Assembly: GCA_965150505.1 (NCBI GenBank)
Contig: CBCTVZ010000001.1
Coordinates: 3,488 to 67,487, forward strand
Source: an uncultured Robinsoniella sp.
GTDB taxonomy: Bacteria; Bacillota; Clostridia; Lachnospirales; Lachnospiraceae
Direction of reading: 5' to 3'
Length of the DNA: 64,000 bases
A model generated the notes under the pieces. It was not told the DNA's origin. It searched no databases and was given only the letters and a program-made list of their open reading frames with translations. A program made the translations under genes and the position numbers. Positions 35,216-43,086 of the stretch are shown here, piece by piece (within the stretch, counting starts at the first letter, position 1; every line of letters begins with the position of its first letter).

Positions 35216-36468
35216 CCTCCCTTTCTTTTGTCATATCGGCTTCCGCCTTGCTCTGTCCGTCGTCTCAGCCATTCTTGTCTCTGCTGTTCTTGTACATCTA
35301 TTTTCGGCGTTGGAGCATCATATCTCGATTGATTTTGATAATTGCGTCCCATCTGTCGCTGATTCTGTACCTGATTTCTCTCCTGTACATATTCAGACAT
35401 CCTTGGCTGAGTCGCTTGATTTCTCTCCTGTGTATATTCAGGCATCCTTGGCTGAGTCGCTTGATTTCTCTCCTGTGCATATTCAGACATCCTTGGCTGC
35501 GCCGCCTGATTTCTCTCCTGTGTATATTCAGGCATCCTTGGCTGTGCATAATCATTGATCTGCTGTGAATGGCTCTTCTTTTTTCCCATCTTAGGAACAG
35601 CTTTTACATAATAATAATATTCATCATCTTCAAACTGTACTTTTTCTGTCCGCCGATAATCTGCATGAAACATAAAAATCTGTACGACCAATCCTGCAAA
35701 AACGGTTACCACTGCACTGATTACTGTACCAATAAAACTTTCACCGCTTTCCAGCATAAAGATTCCAATCACACTCAACAAAACATAAGAGCAAACACCA
35801 GCGCCGATTGCAAAATGCCATGCGTAATCAACAGACATTCTTCTTATCATAAATACAATCAGAAAAACAAGAAGCAAAATTACAACCATCAAAATCATCT
35901 CTTTTGCCTGAGCGATTTCTCCCACAACGCCTGTAATATTTTTCAAAATTTCATTCATATCGCTTCCAGAATGCGCCATATAAGCGCTTCCTGTTATAAT
36001 CTGTACCATATAATATAGAACCGTACCGACTACAATTCCAACGGCGCTTGGAAGTTCTAATGTCAATCCTAAGACAACCGGTATCAGACAGGGAATATGT
36101 AACCATAAACTCACTGGCATCAACAGCATAGAAGCGCTTTCCTTTGGTCCCATACCAAAATAAATCAATCCTATGATGAAAATTGCAGCGCCGCCCACGC
36201 CAAGCGCCTCTATCGACATGGACGCAAGATTACCAATCAGAAAAACACCTGCCACAACGCTGATGGTATTCGTAGACAGAAAAGCGCAGATTCCTGCCGC
36301 TCCTACTGTAATCAACAGATCACGAATGGTATTGCCTGATTGAAACTGCATCTGAATCACCTGAAATACCGTCAAAGCAAGCAAGAACTTTAAAACAGCA
36401 CGGATCAGAACTGCATTTTTATTATAAAATTTTTGAAGAGATCTCTGTAATTTTAACAGTAGTTTCAT
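35212..36468 (-). CDS. Polytopic membrane protein of unknown function with a C-terminal 4 x 15-aa tandem repeat and a Gln/Arg-rich tail
   Basis: ~8 TM segments in aa 1-280, followed by QPRM(P/S)EY(T/A/V)QERNQ(A/V)x four times. It is joined by 4-nt overlaps to the upstream small gene and to cdaA. Confidence 0.6.
   Translation of the reverse strand: MKLLLKLQRSLQKFYNKNAVLIRAVLKFLLALTVFQVIQMQFQSGNTIRDLLITVGAAGICAFLSTNTISVVAGVFLIGNLASMSIEALGVGGAAIFIIGLIYFGMGPKESASMLLMPVSLWLHIPCLIPVVLGLTLELPSAVGIVVGTVLYYMVQIITGSAYMAHSGSDMNEILKNITGVVGEIAQAKEMILMVVILLLVFLIVFMIRRMSVDYAWHFAIGAGVCSYVLLSVIGIFMLESGESFIGTVISAVVTVFAGLVVQIFMFHADYRRTEKVQFEDDEYYYYVKAVPKMGKKKSHSQQINDYAQPRMPEYTQERNQAAQPRMSEYAQERNQATQPRMPEYTQERNQATQPRMSEYVQERNQVQNQRQMGRNYQNQSRYDAPTPKIDVQEQQRQEWLRRRTEQGGSRYDKRKGG
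35371..35550 (-). repeat. 4 x 45-nt in-frame tandem repeat
   Basis: The units are 35371-35415, 35416-35460, 35461-35505 and 35506-35550. On the plus strand each reads (C/T)TGATTTCTCTCCTGT(A/G)(C/T)ATATTCAG(A/G)CATCCTTGGCTG.... Confidence 0.95.
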
Positions 36469-36875
36469 CCTTTTGTTCTCCTTCTTTCTGTCTTTTCATA
36501 CTCTTTGATAAGAGGCTGCATCATCTTTTGATACCGATCTCTTGCTTTTTTCATCTTCTGATACCGAATTGTATAAATCACCCATGTCAGAACCATATAG
36601 ACTCCCACAATTATCAGATACACCGTTAAAATCTGGAGTCCAAACTGTACAAAATCCATTTTATTTAAAGAGGCAGCGATTTCATCCAGACGATACAAAG
36701 CCCAAACTGCAAAACCGATACAAAAAGCAACTGTAATAAAAATCCAGTTTTTTATCATCTTTGCGCTCACATAATCGCTTCTGTATGTCGTCTTGACCGT
36801 TTCTAATTCTTTTCTATGATTTTTTTCAAATATCGCCAGTCTAGTCATCCTCTGCACTTTTTTTTCGTCTATCAT
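36465..36875 (-). CDS. Small two-TM membrane protein of unknown function
   Basis: The likely start is ATG 36875 (MIDEKK), 7 nt after AGGAG. There are two hydrophobic helices with Lys/Arg-rich termini. It overlaps the next gene by 4 nt. Confidence 0.5.
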   Translation of the reverse strand: MIDEKKVQRMTRLAIFEKNHRKELETVKTTYRSDYVSAKMIKNWIFITVAFCIGFAVWALYRLDEIAASLNKMDFVQFGLQILTVYLIIVGVYMVLTWVIYTIRYQKMKKARDRYQKMMQPLIKEYEKTERRRTKG

Positions 36876-36941
36876 TTTTTTCTCCTGATTATTTTGTTTC
36901 ACTTCTTTTATCTATTTTCTTTTTTCAGAAGTCACTGTTTT

Positions 36942-36970
36942 ATTATAGCATAACTCCTTTTGGAAAGAAA
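36942..36970 (-). promoter_or_regulatory. Candidate extended -10 promoter for the small-TM / polytopic / cdaA / cdaR / HPr unit
   Basis: The minus strand has TGCTATAAT (36950-36942) with a weak -35 TTTCTT (36970-36965). It lies just downstream of the AI-2E transporter stop. Confidence 0.45.
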
Positions 36971-36973
36971 GTT

Positions 36974-38266
36974 CTATTCTTTATGCAGTTGTTTCTTTTC
37001 TTTCTGTTCTTCCGTCTGATAAATCAACGTATGTTTCTCTGTCTCAATATAATCCAGTTTCTCATACTCTTTCGTATCCGTTGGAAGTTTCTTCTTTCGC
37101 AGACTGTACTCCAATCCTGTCTTAATCAGATAATAGATGACTGCAAACACAGGAACTCCTGCAATCATTCCAATAATTCCAAACAGACCGCTTCCTATCA
37201 AAATGGCAAAGATCACCCAAAATGCTGAGAGTCCTGTCGAGCTTCCCAAAATTTTAGGTCCAATGATATTTCCGTCTAACTGCTGTAGAATAATAATAAA
37301 GATCAAAAACATAATTCCTTTTCCAGGACTGATTAATAAAATTAATAAGACACTCGGAATTGCTCCTAAATACGGTCCAAAGAAAGGAATCACATTTGTC
37401 ACTCCTACCAAAACACTCACAAGAGGAATATATGGCATTTTCATGATACTCATTCCGATAAAACAAAGTACGCCGATAATCAGAGAATCGATCAATTTTC
37501 CTGAAATAAATCCGCTGAAAATAGAATGACTTTTTCTGACTACTTCCAAGATATTGTTCGCCTGACGTTCATAAAAAAGAGCATACAGCACTTTTTTTCC
37601 TTGACCTACAAATTTCTGTTTACTTACAAGCAAGTACACGGAGATGATCACACCTATCATGATATTCAGAATCATCTTTGCAATTCCGATCACACTTGTT
37701 GTAAAATAAGAAAGAAAATTTTCTAAATTTTGAAGCACTCCTGCGTTAATCCAAGAAGAAATCTCTCTGCTGCCATCATTTAACAAATTTTCTATAAATT
37801 CCACCCATTGGCTATCGCTATTCTTTGTCAGCACTTCCAGCAATTCTGCTATTTTATTAATATATCCCGGCAATGATCCGATAAATGTTCCAAGACTGTT
37901 TACTAATTCTGGCATCAAAATAGATCCTATTCCGAGAATAACAATCATTGCCAAAATTTCTGTCACCGCTACGCTAAGCATTCTAATCTGATTCGATGTG
38001 ATCTTTTTCCATTTCAGTTTTTGAGCAGTCAAAATCCCCCATCTTTCCATAAAATTTACAATCGGATTTAAGAGATATGCAATCATAATTCCAATCAGTA
38101 CAGGTTGGAGTACATACACCAATACTTTCAAAAACTGAACGATTTCTTTTATGTTAAAAATAGCAAATGAAAAGAGAATCGCCGCTGCAATCACAAAAAA
38201 TACCAGCAACGCTTTTGCAGAATATTTTTTCCACTCTTCCTTCTTCTTTTTATAATCTTCTATCAC
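36974..38266 (-). CDS. AI-2E family (PerM/UPF0118) transporter
   Basis: 8 TM segments and the C-terminal motif GLSAFWVIFAILIGSGLFGIIGMIAGVPVFAVI. The likely start is GTG 38266, after GGAAGGAG, overlapping the comFC stop (GTGA). Confidence 0.8.
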   Translation of the reverse strand: MIEDYKKKKEEWKKYSAKALLVFFVIAAAILFSFAIFNIKEIVQFLKVLVYVLQPVLIGIMIAYLLNPIVNFMERWGILTAQKLKWKKITSNQIRMLSVAVTEILAMIVILGIGSILMPELVNSLGTFIGSLPGYINKIAELLEVLTKNSDSQWVEFIENLLNDGSREISSWINAGVLQNLENFLSYFTTSVIGIAKMILNIMIGVIISVYLLVSKQKFVGQGKKVLYALFYERQANNILEVVRKSHSIFSGFISGKLIDSLIIGVLCFIGMSIMKMPYIPLVSVLVGVTNVIPFFGPYLGAIPSVLLILLISPGKGIMFLIFIIILQQLDGNIIGPKILGSSTGLSAFWVIFAILIGSGLFGIIGMIAGVPVFAVIYYLIKTGLEYSLRKKKLPTDTKEYEKLDYIETEKHTLIYQTEEQKEKKQLHKE

Positions 38267-39060
38267 GCAAGATCTCCTTCCTCTGATTCTCCAATGCAAA
38301 GACTTAAAAAATAAATTTCCTCGACACCGTATGTTTTTAATACGTCTGCCACGGCATCTACCGTACTGCCTGTCGTATAAATGTCATCCACAATCAGTAT
38401 TTTTTTTAATTTTACATCATTTTTTGTTATAATAAAAGCTTTTTTCAGATTATTTTCTCTGGCTTTTCCTGCCAATTCTTTTTGCGGTCTTGTATCTCTC
38501 ACACGCATAACAAAATCACAAATCAATGGCAGATTCAGCTGATCTGCAATTTCTTTTGCCAGTAATTCTGCCTGATTATATCCCCTTATTTTTTGTTTTT
38601 TTCGATACATTGGCACAGGAATGATGGCTTCTATTCCCCACATCCGGATCTTTTCTTTTGCCTCTTTTGCCATAATACGTCCAAAAATTTCTGCATAAAT
38701 TCTCTGATTGTGAAACTTCATCCGATGAACTGCTTTTCTTATTTCTTCCTTATATAAATAGATTGCTGTTCCTTCTTTATAAATATGATGTTTCTTTTGG
38801 CAATCATGGCAAAATTCCTGTTCCTTTAATCGAATCGGTCTTCCACATTTTTTGCACCGTGGCTCTGAAATCTTTTTTATTTTTTTCTTACATGAATCAC
38901 AAATTTCCAGCTTTCCTCCTGCCATCAAATTTTGACACAGAGGACATCTCAAAGGATAAAAAATCCCTGCTATCCACATTTTTATCATTGAAATTCCGAG
39001 GCTCTCTCCCATACGGTATCTATTTTCAATCATTTTACAATGCCTGTTTACCCTGCTCAA
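38263..39060 (-). CDS. comFC: ComF-family protein (ComFC-like, zinc-finger plus phosphoribosyltransferase fold)
   Basis: CPLCQ...CDSC and CKKCG...CHDC cysteine pairs, plus the PRT motif ILIVDDIYTTGSTVDA. The start codon is uncertain. Confidence 0.8.
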   Translation of the reverse strand: MSRVNRHCKMIENRYRMGESLGISMIKMWIAGIFYPLRCPLCQNLMAGGKLEICDSCKKKIKKISEPRCKKCGRPIRLKEQEFCHDCQKKHHIYKEGTAIYLYKEEIRKAVHRMKFHNQRIYAEIFGRIMAKEAKEKIRMWGIEAIIPVPMYRKKQKIRGYNQAELLAKEIADQLNLPLICDFVMRVRDTRPQKELAGKARENNLKKAFIITKNDVKLKKILIVDDIYTTGSTVDAVADVLKTYGVEEIYFLSLCIGESEEGDLA

Positions 39061-39092
39061 AAATACTCTAGGGCATATCTCCCCTATTCAAA

Positions 39093-41318
39093 TCAAGAAC
39101 CGATCTGAAAAATTTCCTGTATTCTGTCGCTTAACGTAGTATATCGTTTCTGTTCAAATTCATTGTGTACCATTTGATCAAACGTGTCTGGATTTCCCAC
39201 CAAGGTTACACATTTTCTGGCTCTTGTCACTGCTGTATATAAAAGATTTCTTGTCATCAGCATTCTAGGTCCTGTCATCAATGGAATCACCACTGCCGGA
39301 TATTCGCTTCCCTGCGATTTATGTACTGTGACAGCATACGCAAGTTCCAGTTCATCGAGCTGTTTAAATCCATATTCCACAAATCGCTTTTCATCAAATT
39401 CCACGGTCATCGTCTCTGCGAACAAATTAATTTCTCTCACAATCCCCATATCTCCGTTAAAGACACCCGTTCCTTTTTCTATCGGTATGCCATAATTTCC
39501 GCGTACTTCCCATTCAATCTGATAATTGTTTTTAATCTGCATGACCTTATCGCCTTCACGAAACAGCCCATCCCCATGCTCTCTCTCCCTTTTAAACTCT
39601 GCCTTAGGATTTAAGTATTCCTGTAAAATACGATTTAAGCGTTCTACTCCAAGCAATCCTTTTCGCATCGGAGTCAAAACTTGAATGTCAAATGGATCTG
39701 CATTGACGTAGCGAGGCATCTTTTTTAAGATTAGAGTAAGCACAACACTGATAATCACATTTGCATCCTCTCTCTTTAAAAAGAAAAAATCTCTGCTTTT
39801 ATTATCCAGTATAATCTTTTCCCCTCGATTAATTTTATGCGCATTCACAATAATATCACTCTGTGTTGCCTGTCTGAAAATCTTATTTAATCGAACAACA
39901 TTCAAGCAGTTGGACTGGATCAAATCCTTTAATATACTCCCTGGGCCAACAGAAGGAAGCTGATTGATATCTCCGACAAGAACGAGCCTCGTTCCTACAA
40001 GAACTGCATTTAAAAGAGCTTTCATCAGATAAATATCTACCATAGACATTTCATCAATGATCAAAACATCTGTTTCAATCGGATCTTCTTCCCCTTTCCC
40101 AAAAATTCCTCGCTCCTGACTTTCATCAGAGATCGTTGAGACTTCCAATAGTCGGTGAATGGTCTGCGCTTCTCTTCCGGTAGCTTCTGCCATACGCTTT
40201 GCCGCTCTTCCAGTCGGCGCTGCCAGCATCACCTCGAATCCCTCCATCTCAAAGTAGTCAATCATTGCATTGATGGTGGTTGTTTTTCCTGTTCCAGGTC
40301 CTCCAGTCAAAATCAGCACACCTGTCCGCACAGCTTCCATCACCGCTTTTTTTTGCAGTTCATCCAGCACGGTATGATTTTGCTTTTCGATCTTAGCGAT
40401 CTTTTCCAGAATCTGTTCCGGTGCAATTTCCTCCGATACATTCAAATCATACAATTTCTTTGCGATCTGAAGTTCCATAAAATAATATTGGCTTCCATAT
40501 ACAATCACATCGCCTTGTTTTTCTTTTATCACAATTTTTCTCTCAATCGCAAGATCCATCAAATGTTTTTCGATCTGTTCTGTCAGTAATCCTAACAGTT
40601 CTCCGGCTCGATCCATCAAAATTTTTTTTGGCAGATACACATGACCTTCTGTCGCCGCCTGCTGAAGACAATAGGAAATCCCACATTTTATCCGATAATC
40701 AGAATCCAGATGAATCCCCACACGAGCTGCTATTTCATCTGCCATTTTAAATCCAATTCCTGCAATATCTTCCGCCATTCGATATGGATTTTCCTGTATC
40801 ACCTGATAAACGCCTTCTTTATAGCGCTGATATATTTTTGCCCCTGTCGCCGTAGAAATTCCATATTTCTGCAAAAAAACCATTGCTTTTCTCATATCAT
40901 GCTTTTCTGCCATCTGTTCTGCAATCTCTCGTGCCTTTCTCTCGCTGATTCCTTTAATCTCTGCCAACCGTTCAGGTTCTTCTTCCATAATCCGAAAGGT
41001 ATCCTGCTTAAATATTTTCACAATTCTTGATTCCAAATCTGCGCCGATCCCTTAGATCGCTCCGCTTCCAAGATATCGCTCAATCGCGCTTTCATCTTCT
41101 GGTGTTTTAATCTCCATTTTCTGAATCTTAAATTGCTTTCCATAGATGGCGTGTTCCACAAATACGCCTTCTGCCTCTATATTTTCTCCTTCGTCAATAT
41201 ACGGAATCGTTCCCACGCAGGTCAATTCTTCTCCCCCTCTGATGATCTCCATTACCGTATATCCATTCTCCTGATTCCGAAATATAATATGATCTACATA
41301 TCCTTCTATTATCTCCAT
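39093..41318 (-). pseudogene. recD2: RecD2-type SF1 helicase reading frame interrupted by a single in-frame TAA at 41054-41052
   Basis: ORFs 41052-41318 and 39093-41036 share a frame. Read through, the junction gives ...ERYLGSGAI*GIGADLESRIVKIF.... Walker A is GGPGTGKTT, Walker B is LIIDEMSMVD, and the C-terminal motif is AVTVHKSQGSEYP. Confidence 0.7.
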
Positions 41319-41381
41319 GATTTCCTCCCATCTTCATCCTCTATTTTTTCTTTTATACAAAACGTCTCTTCTTTCTACTTC

Positions 41382-41428
41382 AAAAGCGGGGGCAACTTCA
41401 GACCATCCCAGTCTAAAGATCCCCCGCT
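41382..41428 (-). terminator. Terminator-like hairpin after mreB
   Basis: AAAAGCGGGGG (41382-41392) pairs with CCCCCGCT (41421-41428), with inner pairing. On the minus strand it is followed by TTTTGAAG. Confidence 0.4.
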
Positions 41429-41433
41429 CTTTC

Positions 41434-42432
41434 TCAATCTTCCATTTTATTGTTTGAAGCTGTCAATTCTACAAATCTGCCTGTTCCCATTGCAACAGCG
41501 GTCAACGGTTCTTCTGCTGTCATCGTATTGATTCCCGTCTTTTCCTCAATCAGCTCCTCTAATCCATTTAAAAGAGCCCCTCCTCCTGTCAGAACAATAC
41601 CTCGATCCGCCACATCTGCTGCAAGTTCTGGCGGTGTTCGCTCCAACACACTTCGCACAACATCTACAATCTGTGCAATCGAATCTTTCAGCGCATCTCT
41701 CGTATCTTCCGATGTCATTCTGACTGTCTTTGGAAGCCCTGTGATCACATCTCTTCCCAATACTTCCATCATTTTCTGTTCCGGTTTCTGAAATGCCGTT
41801 CCAATTCTGATCTTAATGTCCTCAGCCATCTCTTCTCCAATAATCAGGTTGTATTTTTGTTTCATATAGCGCATAATATCCTGATCAAAATTATCGCCTG
41901 CAACCTTCACGGAAGAGCTGACAACAATGCCATCCAGTGAAATCACAGCTACGTCACACGTTCCAGCGCCAATATCGACGATCATATTTCCACATGGTCT
42001 GGATGTGTCAATCCCAGATCCCATCGCCGCTGCAATCGGACCTTCAATAATGCGTACTTCTCTAGCTCCTGCCTGATATGCCGCATCTTCCACTGCTTTT
42101 TTTTCTACCTCCGTCACACTGGTCGGAACACAGATACTAATTCGAGGCTTAAAGAAAGAAATTCTTCCTGTAGCTTTCTGAATAAAATATTTCAGCATTC
42201 TCTCTGTCACTGTATAATCAGAAATGACTCCATTTTTTAACGGACGAATTGCCGCAATATTTCCAGCTGATCTGCTCAGCAAAATTCTTGCTTCTTCCCC
42301 GATTGCCTTGATTCGATTCTCTTCTCTGTCAAACGCTACCAGAGACGGCTCTTTCAAAACGACACCTTTTCCTTTTACATACACTAAAATACTTGCTGTT
42401 CCTAAATCAATTCCTATCTTTGTAGCCGCCAT
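41434..42432 (-). CDS. mreB: Rod-shape-determining actin homolog MreB/Mbl
   Basis: IGIDLGTASILVYVKGKGVVLKEPSLVA, DIGAGTCDVAV and LTGGGALLNGL. Confidence 0.93.
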   Translation of the reverse strand: MAATKIGIDLGTASILVYVKGKGVVLKEPSLVAFDREENRIKAIGEEARILLSRSAGNIAAIRPLKNGVISDYTVTERMLKYFIQKATGRISFFKPRISICVPTSVTEVEKKAVEDAAYQAGAREVRIIEGPIAAAMGSGIDTSRPCGNMIVDIGAGTCDVAVISLDGIVVSSSVKVAGDNFDQDIMRYMKQKYNLIIGEEMAEDIKIRIGTAFQKPEQKMMEVLGRDVITGLPKTVRMTSEDTRDALKDSIAQIVDVVRSVLERTPPELAADVADRGIVLTGGGALLNGLEELIEEKTGINTMTAEEPLTAVAMGTGRFVELTASNNKMED

Positions 42433-42509
42433 ATCAATCTCCTCCCTTGTTTTCTAGCAGATCTTCTAATTTTGCTGCATTCTATATTTTTTCATAATCC
42501 GTAATTTCT

Positions 42510-42537
42510 ATTATATACAAGACCTTTTCTCTTGGAA
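42510..42537 (-). promoter_or_regulatory. Candidate mreB promoter
   Basis: On the minus strand: TTCCAA (42537-42532), a 16-nt spacer, then TATAAT (42515-42510). Confidence 0.3.
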
Positions 42538-42624
42538 AGCTCTTTTTTCCTTTCTTCATTTCTTTTTCTTTTTTCTACCAAAATACTTTATAATTTTCAT
42601 TCTTTTTTAAGTTCAAAAACATAC

Positions 42625-42790
42625 TTTAAACACAAATTCCAGATATACTAACATCATATTAGCAAGGAGCTAATATATTTCATAACTCACACTTCGCAGC
42701 ACCCACACACTGCGAAGTAACTCCCTCAAATATTTTAATTTTTTCTCTTTCCTTTGAAAACCTCGGTAAAAATACCGGGGTTTTCTACTT
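42625..42790 (+). repeat. Copy A of a duplicated structured intergenic element with its own hairpin and U-tract; candidate small RNA gene
   Basis: A ~136-nt core (42625-42760) is ~93% identical to 42898-43034. Hairpin 1 is 42656-42676 (ATATTAGC/GCTAATAT). Hairpin 2 is 42691-42718 (ACTTCGCAG/CTGCGAAGT). The terminator-like hairpin at 42756-42785 is followed by TTTTCTACTTTT. Confidence 0.55.
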
Positions 42791-42897
42791 TTGTCTTTCT
42801 TTTTTATCCATTTTGTTCTCTGTTTTTTTATATTTTCTTTTTAAATCCCAAGAATTTCTTTTATAAACTTTAATGTTTCTTTATCTGATGTACACAT

Positions 42898-43062
42898 TTT
42901 AAACACAATTATTGGATATACTAACATCATATTAGCAGAGAGCTAATATATTTCATAACTCACACTTCGCAGCACCCACACACTGCGGAGTACTCCCTCA
43001 AATATTTTAATTTTTTTCTCTTTCCTTTGAAAAAGCCCTGACAGACCGTCAGGGTTTTTTCT
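42898..43062 (+). repeat. Copy B of the duplicated structured element; its terminal hairpin also serves as the uvrA terminator
   Basis: It has the same two hairpins; the second carries an A-to-G change that gives a U-G pair only in a plus-strand RNA. The hairpin CCCTGAC/GTCAGGG (43036-43054) has T-runs on both strands. Confidence 0.55.
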
Positions 43063-43086
43063 TTTTCTTCTTATATTTTTTCTTCT

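Noticed and set aside
34932-35558. A 208-aa plus-strand ORF, plus the neighbouring 35248-35568 (+) and 35298-35555 (-) ORFs, overlapping cdaA and the repeat-containing membrane gene.
   Set aside because: These are antisense or alternative frames kept open by the 45-nt tandem repeat and AT-rich codon bias. They have no RBS, and the minus-strand genes carry strong family motifs.
41052-41054. Programmed recoding (selenocysteine or pyrrolysine) at the recD2 in-frame stop.
   Set aside because: The codon is TAA, not TGA or TAG, and no SECIS-like or PYLIS-like context is evident. A nonsense mutation or a sequencing error is more parsimonious.
42648-42677. A 9-codon minus-strand micro-ORF (MKYISSLLI) inside the duplicated element. 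The two inter-copy differences within it are synonymous. A 7-codon Cys-rich reading (VCGCCEV) lies nearby.
   Set aside because: The two differences also lie in a hairpin loop, so they are equally well explained by RNA structure. Two substitutions are too few to argue for coding selection, the RBS is weak, and stem wobble pairs favour plus-strand transcription. I kept it as a caveat to the sRNA finding, not as a feature.
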